Below, piece after piece: positions 1 through 7,673 of a stretch of 11,081 nt of DNA. Each line of letters starts with the position of its first letter. Within the stretch, counting starts at the first letter, position 1. Origin of the DNA: a bacterium (GTDB taxonomy: Bacteria; RBG-13-61-14; DATKZS01); NCBI GenBank assembly GCA_046484135.1, contig JAWOBU010000094.1, positions 1 to 11,081 of the forward strand. Reading direction: 5' to 3'. Both the position numbers and the translations under genes were made by a program. Below the pieces are notes generated by a model. It did not search any database. It worked only from the letters and a program-made list of their open reading frames with translations, and was not told the DNA's origin.

Positions 1-90
1 CGATTTTGTCATCGGATATGTTGTCCATAAAGCCTTGCATCACATGGAATGGTCTACACTGGTCTGGCGGACCCTTGAACCGGAATAGCC
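1..90 (-). mobile_element. Probable terminus (likely left end) of an ISL3-family insertion sequence, continuing out of the window
   Basis: Minus strand from 90 reads GGCTATTCCGGTTCAAGGGT..., resembling the GGCYCTTCCG-type ends I recall for ISL3 members such as IS31831 and IS1096. An ATG-started frame (MQGFMDNISDDKI..., ATGs at 40 and 28) runs off the left edge. Kinase-like sequence on the + strand begins only after position 90. Only one end is visible. Confidence 0.5.
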
Positions 91-92
91 AG

Positions 93-1073
93 GTGGCAAA
101 CGAGCTCGCCGTGGGAGTGGCCAAGCAGAAACTGCGCGACGTCATCCAGGAGAAGAACAGCGAGCTGGTCCGCAAGAACCAGGAGCTCGAGCAGGCGTCC
201 ATCCAGCTACTCCAGAGCGAAAAGATGGCATCCATCGGACAGCTCGCAGCAGGGGTGGCACACGAGATCAACAACCCCATGGGGTACGTAAACTCCAACC
301 TGAACCTCTTGAAAACCTACCGGAAGGAACTCAACCAGCTCATCACCGAGTACCGAAACCTCTGCCGCAAAGTGGACGAAGAAGCGGGACTAGAAGAGCT
401 GAAAAAGGCGAACGAAAAAATAAGAGAGATCGAGGAGTCCCTTCAGTTGGAAGAGATGTTAAAGGACCTGGAGGACATGATAGCAGAGTCCATCGAGGGC
501 ACCGAAAGGGTCTCCTATATAGTAAAGAACTTAAAAGAGTTCTCCCACCCCGAGTCCAGGACCACCCAGAAAACGGACATCCACGAGGCCCTGGACAGCA
601 CCTTGAACATCGTCTGGAACGAGCTCAAGTACAAGGCCCAAGTCGTGAAGGAGTACGGAAGCCTGCCCATGATCGAGTGTTACCCCCAGGAGCTCAAACA
701 GGTCTTTATGAACATACTGGTGAACGCCTCCCAGGCCATTACCGAGAGGGGAAAGATAACCCTCAGGACCTTCCAGAAAGACGGCTTTGCCAACGTGCAG
801 ATCGAGGACGACGGCGAAGGAATAGAACCCGACGCCCTCCCCAAAATTTTCGACCCCTTCTACACCTCCAAGGAAGTGGGAAAAGGCACCGGACTCGGCC
901 TTTCCATAAGCTACAGCATCATGCAAAAGCACGGCGGCAGTATAGAGATCGAAAGCACGCCGGGGGAAGGATCAACCTTTACCCTGAAGCTCCCCCTGAG
1001 CCAGGATGATAAAATGACACAATTACCGGAAAAGGAACAGGAACATGAACTCGGCTCTGCATCAAATTATTGA
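93..1073 (+). CDS. Sensor histidine kinase (coiled coil + HisKA + HATPase_c), probably 5'-truncated
   Basis: H-box SEKMASIGQLAAGVAHEINNP, N-box QVFMNILVNA, G1 DDGEGI, F-box IFDPFYTSK, G2 GTGLGLS. QVANELAVGVAKQKL resembles the last helix of a GAF domain. The frame is open back to the window edge, but the first ~29 codons (bases 6-90) look non-native, so the start is uncertain. Confidence 0.92.
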   Translation: MANELAVGVAKQKLRDVIQEKNSELVRKNQELEQASIQLLQSEKMASIGQLAAGVAHEINNPMGYVNSNLNLLKTYRKELNQLITEYRNLCRKVDEEAGLEELKKANEKIREIEESLQLEEMLKDLEDMIAESIEGTERVSYIVKNLKEFSHPESRTTQKTDIHEALDSTLNIVWNELKYKAQVVKEYGSLPMIECYPQELKQVFMNILVNASQAITERGKITLRTFQKDGFANVQIEDDGEGIEPDALPKIFDPFYTSKEVGKGTGLGLSISYSIMQKHGGSIEIESTPGEGSTFTLKLPLSQDDKMTQLPEKEQEHELGSASNY

Positions 1074-2241
1074 CTCCGCAATGAAAGAGCCCCCCAACTC
1101 AGGCCTGAAGGCAGCGGGCTTCAGGGAGGAAACATCAGCGGTCTACGTGCTCGACCGGGACGGCGCCATAATAGACACCAACGAGGCCCTCATAGGCCTC
1201 ACCGGTATGCCTGTCGAAGAGCTGACCGGAAGGCACCTGGCCGACTTCCTGGACGGGCCCGCCCGACAGGCCCTCCGGACCATGATCAGGGACGAAGACC
1301 CCAGCGGGCTTCACGCATTTGAAGGGGCCCTCATAAACAGCCGGGGGGAAAAATTGGCCATAAGGGCCATGGTCCATCCCCTGTTCGACGAAAAAGCAAA
1401 GGCCATGGGGTTTGTCGTGCACGTGCAGGAAAAAAGACCTGACGCAAACCAGGAAAACCCCGAACCGCGGCTCTCCAGGGACAACCTCTTTTCCCTGATC
1501 TCAGACGCAGTCATCGAGTGCGACGGTAACCTCCGGGTAACATACTTAAACCACTCGGGGATGCGGCTGTTCGGTTGCGACGGAAAAGACAAAATCACCG
1601 GCAGGTCCGTGCTCGATCTCATCCATCCGGACGACCGGAAGGAGGCCCTCCGGACCATGGAAGACTGCGTTGCGGAAAGGGTCGGCTGCCGCTTCTCCGC
1701 CCGACTGCTCCGCGGGGAGGGGCCGAGCTTTCCGGCTGAGCTCCGGCTCTGCCCGGCCGCTTGGGAGGACGAAGAAAAAATGCTGCGTCTTGTCGTAAAA
1801 GACCTGTCCGTAAAGCGGGAGGCGGAGCGTTTCCGCAAGCTGTTCCAGACCTTTATCGGCCTGAAGCCGGAGGGGGTGGTACTGGTCCGGGGAGACGGCA
1901 GGATCGAGCTGGCCAACCAGCACATGGCCAACCTGTTGGGGTATCCGGGCCCTGACCACCTGCACGGAGTAAACATAAACCGCCTTGTCCAATCACGGAT
2001 ACTGAAAGTGCTCACCGGGCCGGAAAAGGAAAAGCTGGAAAGCGTGTCCCTGCAAATGGTCCGGGCCCGGGCGGTGAACAAGGAAGGGAAAAAGTTCCAG
2101 GTGGCGCTCACCGGCCTGGTCATTACCGACGAGCACGGCGAGCCCGACGGACTGGTCTGCTCCGTAAGCGAGGCAAAAGAGAACCACTCGCCGAGCGAGG
2201 GGCAAAAAAATAACTCCGTAAAGGAAAGAAACCATGGTTAA
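1045..2241 (+). CDS. Stand-alone multi-PAS (three PAS domains) sensor protein
   Basis: Three PAS N-terminal signatures: AVYVLDRDGAIIDTNEALIGLTG, DAVIECDGNLRVTYLNHSGMRLFG...LIHPDDR, and EGVVLVRGDGRIELANQHMANLLGY. No kinase, GGDEF or HTH domain follows. Purine-rich RBS-like sequence precedes ATG 1045; ATG 1081 is an alternative start. Confidence 0.88.
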   Translation: MNSALHQIIDSAMKEPPNSGLKAAGFREETSAVYVLDRDGAIIDTNEALIGLTGMPVEELTGRHLADFLDGPARQALRTMIRDEDPSGLHAFEGALINSRGEKLAIRAMVHPLFDEKAKAMGFVVHVQEKRPDANQENPEPRLSRDNLFSLISDAVIECDGNLRVTYLNHSGMRLFGCDGKDKITGRSVLDLIHPDDRKEALRTMEDCVAERVGCRFSARLLRGEGPSFPAELRLCPAAWEDEEKMLRLVVKDLSVKREAERFRKLFQTFIGLKPEGVVLVRGDGRIELANQHMANLLGYPGPDHLHGVNINRLVQSRILKVLTGPEKEKLESVSLQMVRARAVNKEGKKFQVALTGLVITDEHGEPDGLVCSVSEAKENHSPSEGQKNNSVKERNHG

Positions 2242-3559
2242 CACATCCAACTGCAAGGTCCCGGAAGAAGTGCTCGAAACCATGACCGTGCTCATGGTGG
2301 ACGATGAGGCCAACGTGCTCCGATCACTGAAAAGGATTCTTCGTCCCGAACCTTACAAGATCGTCACCGCGGAGAGCGGTGAGGAGGCCCTCGAGTACAT
2401 CCGGGAAAACTACGTGAACATGATCATTTCCGATCAGCGCATGCCGGGCATCTCCGGTATCCAGCTCCTGGAAAGCGCCCGGGAAATAAGCCCGGACACC
2501 ATCAGGATCATACTCACCGGCTACTCGGACCTCCAGGCCGCGGAGGACGCCATAAACCGGGTCCAGATCTATCGGTTCCTGTCCAAGCCCTGGAGCGACG
2601 AAGACCTGAAGAACACCATCAGGGAAGGGCTCAACAAGTGGTGGCTCGAGCATGAGAACAAAAAGATGTTCCGGACCATACAGGAGCAGAACCGGTCGCT
2701 GAAAAACTGGAACACCAGGCTGGAGCAGAAGGTGGAAGAAAGAACCCGGGACCTCCGGGAGACCCAGGACCAGCTCATACAGAGCGAAAAGATGGCCTCC
2801 CTGGGGGTGCTCGCCGGAGGCGTGGCCCACGAGATCAACAACCCCCTGGGTGGAATACTGGGCATTACTCAGCTCCTGCTGGCCGACTCTGTCGAGGACA
2901 AGCAACTAAAGGAAGACCTGGAAACCATCCAGAACGCGGCCCTCCATTGCTCCGAGATTGTCAAGAACCTGCTCAGCTTCTCCCGCGGGAACGAGCGGCA
3001 ACAAAAAGATATGACCTCTCTGCCCCAAATGGTGGAGGAAGTGCTCACCCTTATCGGCCATACCTTCCGCAAGAAGAACGTACAGCTTGACAAAAACATA
3101 CCAGGCGACTTTCCCTACCTGGTCGTGAACCAGCACCAGATCAAGCAGGTGATTATGAACCTGGTGATTAACGCAGTGCAGGCGAGCGGCAAAGGAGACA
3201 CCGTCCATCTGCGCGCCCGCCGCAACGAGGACCGGACCATATCCATCGAGATCGCCGACCATGGAGAAGGCATCCCCCAAGAGATAGAAGACAAAATATT
3301 TGACCCCTTCTTCACCACCAAGCCGGAAGGGCAGGGCACAGGACTCGGGCTCTCCGTGTCCTACCGCATCGTCCGGGAGCACGGAGGAAAAATCACCGTA
3401 GCCTCCACTGAAGAAGGGACCTCGGTCTGCCTGGTGTTGCCCCCGGAAGCCGCCGCGGACCATCGCTCGGTAAAAGAAGCTCAGAACGACAAGCAAGAAA
3501 GCAAGCGCCGCCAAGAGCCGGAGCTCGACTCTCTCTTCGCCGAGGGCGGAAACAAGTAA
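2234..3559 (+). CDS. Hybrid histidine kinase: N-terminal receiver + coiled coil + HisKA + HATPase_c
   Basis: REC motifs VDDE, IISDQRMP, ILTGY, SKPW; H-box GGVAHEINNPLGG; QVIMNLVINA; DHGEGI; FDPFFTTK; GTGLGLS. AAGGA RBS upstream; 8-nt overlap with the PAS gene. Confidence 0.95.
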   Translation: MVNTSNCKVPEEVLETMTVLMVDDEANVLRSLKRILRPEPYKIVTAESGEEALEYIRENYVNMIISDQRMPGISGIQLLESAREISPDTIRIILTGYSDLQAAEDAINRVQIYRFLSKPWSDEDLKNTIREGLNKWWLEHENKKMFRTIQEQNRSLKNWNTRLEQKVEERTRDLRETQDQLIQSEKMASLGVLAGGVAHEINNPLGGILGITQLLLADSVEDKQLKEDLETIQNAALHCSEIVKNLLSFSRGNERQQKDMTSLPQMVEEVLTLIGHTFRKKNVQLDKNIPGDFPYLVVNQHQIKQVIMNLVINAVQASGKGDTVHLRARRNEDRTISIEIADHGEGIPQEIEDKIFDPFFTTKPEGQGTGLGLSVSYRIVREHGGKITVASTEEGTSVCLVLPPEAAADHRSVKEAQNDKQESKRRQEPELDSLFAEGGNK

Positions 3560-3577
3560 CAGCAGGGAGAAAGAAAG

Positions 3578-4213
3578 ATGAAAAGAGAAAACCACATTAG
3601 GCCGCCGCAAGTGATCGTAGTGGATGACGCCGGAATCATCCGCATGACCGTAAGCCGCATCCTGGAAAGGGAAGGCTACCGCGTAAAGCTCGCCCGGAAC
3701 GGCTCGGAAGCCGTAACCGAGGCCGAGAGGCTCTCACCCGACGCAATGCTTATTGACCTCCGGATGCCGACCATGAGTGGGCTCGACCTCGTCCGCATCA
3801 TCAAGAACAAGTGGCCCGAGATCGAGATCGTGATCATCACCGCCTATGCCGACTCCGACATGATAAGGCAGACCAGGGAGCACGGAGCAATGGAGGTGCT
3901 CACAAAGCCCATTACCGACCTAGCAAAACTGAAAAGGACGGTGGCAAGGGCGGCGGCATCAACAAGGATGAAGAGAAAGCTGCCCGTCCGGGAAGAAGCG
4001 CTCCTCCGCCAGGTGCTCCTCATGAGAGGGATTGTCGAACAAGACGACTTCGAAAAAGCCCTCTCCCGAGCGAGAGATAACGGCAAAAGCGTAGGACACT
4101 GGCTGGTGCGGCAGGGAAGCATCTCCGAGCACGGCATAGAAAAGGCAGTACAGGAGTTCCTGCTGGAAGGTGATGACCGGGCACCGGACGTGCAAAATGC
4201 CGGAAACATGTAG
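3578..4213 (+). CDS. Response regulator: REC + C-terminal degenerate MshEN-like helical domain
   Basis: REC motifs VVDD, LIDLRMP, IITAY, TKP. The C-terminus LLRQVLLMRGIVEQDDFEKALSRARDNGKSVGHWLVRQGSISEHGIEKAVQEFL follows the spacing of the tandem MshEN motif. Confidence 0.88.
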   Translation: MKRENHIRPPQVIVVDDAGIIRMTVSRILEREGYRVKLARNGSEAVTEAERLSPDAMLIDLRMPTMSGLDLVRIIKNKWPEIEIVIITAYADSDMIRQTREHGAMEVLTKPITDLAKLKRTVARAAASTRMKRKLPVREEALLRQVLLMRGIVEQDDFEKALSRARDNGKSVGHWLVRQGSISEHGIEKAVQEFLLEGDDRAPDVQNAGNM

Positions 4214-4229
4214 AAGAAAGGAACTGAAG

Positions 4230-4646
4230 ATGAGAGACAGAAAACTGGTACTGGTGGTGGATGATGACGAGACCATGCGGTACTCGCTGGACAGGTACCT
4301 CCGGAAGCGGGGCTTCGAGGTCAAGACCGTGGAGAACGGCTTCGACGTGCTTTTAATGTGCCTGTACCTGACCCCGGACCTCATCATCTCCGACATCAGG
4401 ATGCCCAAGCTGGACGGCATCACCCTGCTGGAAGGACTCAAAAACAACCTGGACACCAGCGGCATACCCGTGATCTTCATGTCCGCCTATGCGTCGGACG
4501 ATGTCATGGAAGAGGCCCGCGAGCTGGGAGCAAGGTACTTTCTCATAAAGCCCTTCCCATACGACAACCTGGAAGAGCTGCTCATAAAAGCAGTACCTGG
4601 CCTGGCGGAAAAAAACGAAATGCCCGGCGAAGAGTGGAGCGGCTGA
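4230..4646 (+). CDS. Single-domain (CheY-like) response regulator
   Basis: VLVVDDD, IISDIRMPKLDG, FMSAY, IKPF. Start placed at ATG 4230 after AAAGGA rather than at the ORF-track start 4170, which overlaps the upstream gene. Confidence 0.92.
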   Translation: MRDRKLVLVVDDDETMRYSLDRYLRKRGFEVKTVENGFDVLLMCLYLTPDLIISDIRMPKLDGITLLEGLKNNLDTSGIPVIFMSAYASDDVMEEARELGARYFLIKPFPYDNLEELLIKAVPGLAEKNEMPGEEWSG

Positions 4647-4685
4647 AGCCGCCGGCATGCATCCGATTTCAAGGGAATGATAATC

Positions 4686-5288
4686 ATGGAACAGCTTAAA
4701 CATTCAGAGAAGGCTACCGGCGCCGTCCTGGTGGCGGATGACGTGGACATCATGCGGACCACCTGTAAAAGGGCGCTGGAGAAAGAAGGCTACGAGGTCA
4801 TAGCGGCGGCCTCCGGAAGGGAGGCCCTGAAGAAAATGCCCGAAGCCGGAGTGGACGTGGCGGTGCTGGACATAAGAATGCCCGGCATCTCCGGCGTGGA
4901 CCTCTTAAGGAAGATCAAGACCGACTGGCCGGAAACCGAGATAATCATGATGACCGCCTACTCCGACGCCGAGATAGCGGAAGAGTCCCTGAACCTGGGG
5001 GCCGCCGCCCTCCTGACCAAGCCCTTCGAGGACATTGACGTGCTCAGAAAGGCCGTCCGGAAGTCCATGGCCCGGGTCAAGCTCCGCCGCGGCCAGGAGC
5101 ACGAGCACGGGCCCTGTTTCGTGGACGTCCTCAAAGAAAGCGGCCTGGTGAACGAGCACGAGCTGAAAAGAGCGCAGGAGAAAGCCGAGCAGGAAGGAGT
5201 GACCCTCCGGGAAGCCCTCTCCGCCATGGACATACTCTCCCAGGAGGACCAGGACGGGGCGGTGGCCAATTACCTCGACATCCCCTAA
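4686..5288 (+). CDS. Response regulator REC + degenerate MshEN-like domain (5' fragment of a split gene)
   Basis: VLVADD, VLDIRMPGISG, MMTAY, TKPF; then CFVDVLKESGLVNEHELKRAQEKAEQEGVTLREALSAMDILSQEDQDGAVANYLDIP. AAGGGA at 4671-4676 is spaced better for ATG 4686 than for 4677. Confidence 0.85.
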   Translation: MEQLKHSEKATGAVLVADDVDIMRTTCKRALEKEGYEVIAAASGREALKKMPEAGVDVAVLDIRMPGISGVDLLRKIKTDWPETEIIMMTAYSDAEIAEESLNLGAAALLTKPFEDIDVLRKAVRKSMARVKLRRGQEHEHGPCFVDVLKESGLVNEHELKRAQEKAEQEGVTLREALSAMDILSQEDQDGAVANYLDIP

Positions 5289-5306
5289 GTAAGGCCCAAC
5301 AAAAAC

Positions 5307-5723
5307 ATGCTCGACCCCGACCTCATCAAGAACTTCCCCGCCGACCTGGCGAGAAATTATACCTGCCTGCCGCTCTTCCGGAGCGGCAACGAACTGCACA
5401 TGGTCATTGCAAACCCCTTCGACCGGCAGGCCGCCGACGCCATAGCAGCCAATCTGGAAGCCATGCCCGTCCTCTCCATGGGAAACGAGGACGAGATAAA
5501 AGAGCTTATCACTCGCTTCTACGGACCGTCGTCGGACACCGACCTCGCCGGGATCATAGAGAAGCTGAACGACGACAAATCCGACAGCAAAGGCACGTTG
5601 TTAAAGGACCTGTTCCGTAAGGCCGAGTTCGAACAGATAACCGATTTGAGCATCTCCCGGCAAGACCGGGGGGTCTATAACATCCAATTTCAAGGCCGGA
5701 TTAAAACACCGGAAACTAAGTGA
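5307..5723 (+). CDS. PilB/GspE N-terminal (T2SSE_N / MshEN C-subdomain) fragment without ATPase (3' fragment of a split gene)
   Basis: LDPDLIKNFPADLARNYTCLPL...LHMVIANPFD...EDEIKELITRFYG matches the PilB/GspE N1 alpha/beta subdomain. It is in the same frame as the upstream ORF, 18 nt after its stop. Confidence 0.78.
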   Translation: MLDPDLIKNFPADLARNYTCLPLFRSGNELHMVIANPFDRQAADAIAANLEAMPVLSMGNEDEIKELITRFYGPSSDTDLAGIIEKLNDDKSDSKGTLLKDLFRKAEFEQITDLSISRQDRGVYNIQFQGRIKTPETK

Positions 5724-5732
5724 GGTGATATG

Positions 5733-6809
5733 ATGCCGCGATTGGATTCATTATTCAAAAGCATGATGCAAAAAGAGGCCTCCGACTTGTTCGTGTCCTC
5801 CGGAGCTCCCCCCTTTCTCAAGATAGACGGGGAAATGGTGCCGGCGGACGGGGGCAAGTTATTGAGCAACGAGGTATGTGAGAAGCTTCTCTTCGAGCTT
5901 TTGACTGACGAGCAGCGAAACGTCTTCCAGGAAAAGGGGGACCTGGATTTCGCCTACGAGATACCGGAGGTCGCGCGATTTCGCGGCAACATTTTCCTGC
6001 AGAGAAGGGGAATTTCCGGCGTGTTCCGCTTCATACCGGCCAAGGTCAAACCATTGTCCGAGCTCAACATGCCGGATGTGGTGGGAAAGCTCTCCCGGAC
6101 CAACCGGGGCCTCATACTGGTGACCGGGGCCACCGGCAGCGGAAAGTCAACCACCCTCGCCGCCATGATAGACGTCCGGAACCGCGAAAGCGCGGAACAC
6201 ATCCTTACCCTGGAGGACCCGCTCGAGTTCGTGCACGAAAACAAGAAAAGCATCATCCACCAAAGACAGATCGGAGAGCATACCAACTCGTTCGCCTCTT
6301 CATTGCGGGCCGCGCTCCGGGAGGCCCCCGACGTCATCCTGGTCGGAGAGATGAGGGACCTGGAGACCATATCCCTGGCCATCACCGCCGCGGAAACCGG
6401 ACACCTGGTCTACGGGACTCTCCATACCAGCAGCGCCCCCAAGACAGTGGACCGCATCATTGACGCCTTCCCCGAAGAGCAACAGAACCAAATCCGGACC
6501 ATGCTCGCCGATACCCTCCAGGGGGTCATAAGCCAGCATCTTCTGAAAAGGGCGGACAAAAAAGGAAGGATCGCGGCCCTCGAGGTAATGATAAACAACT
6601 CGGCCATCGCAAACCTGATCCGGGAGGGAAAAACCTTCCAGATACATTCCGCCATCCAGACCGGGAAAAAAGAAGGAATGATGACACTGGACCAGCACTT
6701 AACACAGCTCATGATGACAAAACAGATATTCGCTGAAGAGGCCTTCCGGCATGCCCATAACAAGAACCAGTTCTTAAAGTACGTCATGCCACAGAAGGAC
6801 CAGGGATGA
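5733..6809 (+). CDS. pilT: Type IV pilus retraction (twitching motility) ATPase PilT
   Basis: ASDLF N-domain motif, Walker A GATGSGKSTT, Asp box TLEDPLEF, Walker B PDVILVGEMRD, His box ETGHLVYGTLH, and the PilT-type AIRNLIRE variant AIANLIRE. GAGGTG RBS favours ATG 5733 over 5730. Confidence 0.95.
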   Translation: MPRLDSLFKSMMQKEASDLFVSSGAPPFLKIDGEMVPADGGKLLSNEVCEKLLFELLTDEQRNVFQEKGDLDFAYEIPEVARFRGNIFLQRRGISGVFRFIPAKVKPLSELNMPDVVGKLSRTNRGLILVTGATGSGKSTTLAAMIDVRNRESAEHILTLEDPLEFVHENKKSIIHQRQIGEHTNSFASSLRAALREAPDVILVGEMRDLETISLAITAAETGHLVYGTLHTSSAPKTVDRIIDAFPEEQQNQIRTMLADTLQGVISQHLLKRADKKGRIAALEVMINNSAIANLIREGKTFQIHSAIQTGKKEGMMTLDQHLTQLMMTKQIFAEEAFRHAHNKNQFLKYVMPQKDQG

Positions 6810-6885
6810 CGGCCCGCCAGCCGTCATAAGAAAACAAAAGAAGTCTTCGCGCTTTTGATGGAAACATCGGGAAAGGAAAACAAAG

Positions 6886-7299
6886 ATGAAACAGGAAAAT
6901 AACATAAGAGAGCGGGAAAACGAGCTCCGGGTCTGCATAATAGACGATGAGGAGACCGTACTAAAAACCGTCGAACGCATCCTGCAAACGAGGGGTTATA
7001 AAACCCTGGCGCTCTCCTGCACGGTGGGAAGTTCTCAGCAGATAAAAGAGTTCCAGCCCCACATCGTGGTAGTGGACCTGAAAATGCCGGCCATCGAAGG
7101 GGACGAGCTTATAAGGATATTCCGCAAGACCCTGAAAAAGTGGCCCCGCGTTATCCTCTTCTCCGGAGTGTCTCCCGAAGAGCTCAAGGATGTCGCCATG
7201 GACAGCCACACCGACGATTACATCTACAAGGGAGACGGGTACTTCCACCTGCTCCGGTCCGTGAACCTACAGGCCATGCATCTCGGACTGCTGCTGTGA
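6886..7299 (+). CDS. Single-domain response regulator (REC)
   Basis: CIIDDE, VVDLKMP, LFSG, YIYKG; GGAAAGGA RBS upstream. Confidence 0.88.
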   Translation: MKQENNIRERENELRVCIIDDEETVLKTVERILQTRGYKTLALSCTVGSSQQIKEFQPHIVVVDLKMPAIEGDELIRIFRKTLKKWPRVILFSGVSPEELKDVAMDSHTDDYIYKGDGYFHLLRSVNLQAMHLGLLL

Positions 7300-7673
7300 A
7301 AAGGAAAGAAGACTTCTAAAACTGCCGGGATTCCATTATTTCGAGCCGCCCCCGCAGGGCCTCCCGCACGTTCTTTAAGGACTCTTCCTTAGCCCGGCCC
7401 TGAGAAAAACAGCCCGGAAGCGCGGGACCTCAGCAAAAAAGTGCCCTGCCTCGTCTTGCTCTATACGAACGTGAAGATTCATTCCGACTCTACTGTCTAA
7501 TTGCCGGCCGGCGGCCCCGACTTAAAGCGCCCGGCAATATCCATGTAATCCCGCGTTCTGTAATCGCGACTCGAATGCGAACGGCTTGAGCCGCGACAAC
7601 CAGATGTTCTGCAAATTTACCTTTCAGGATTACTTTTGCAAAACTCGAGAAAGACCCTGCCGAAGCCAAGGTT

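Larger units (their letters stand above)
4686..5723 (+). pseudogene. REC-MshEN/T2SSE_N gene interrupted by a single in-frame TAA at 5286-5288
   Basis: Read-through gives ...NYLDIP*VRPNKNMLDPDLIKNFP..., collinear with the family pattern LGIP-Y/F-VDL....IDPE..K.IP. The stop sits at the aromatic position (TAC/TAT to TAA is one substitution). Confidence 0.68.

Noticed and set aside
2200..2241. Possible frameshift fusion of the PAS protein to the REC-HK at the A7 run (2204-2210)
   Set aside because: The REC-HK frame has a TAA at 2219-2221, downstream of the A run, and its own AAGGA RBS, so separate coupled genes fit better.
213..2846. Near-identical nucleotide stretches (CAGAGCGAAAAGATGGC, CACGAGATCAACAACCCC) at ~213-278 and ~2780-2845
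   Set aside because: Explained by the conserved H-box of two related kinases; not a repeat element.
5286..5288. Stop-codon recoding or an alternative genetic code at the in-frame stop
   Set aside because: The codon is TAA, not TGA (Sec) or TAG (Pyl), and TAA terminates other genes here (3557-3559, 9451-9453).
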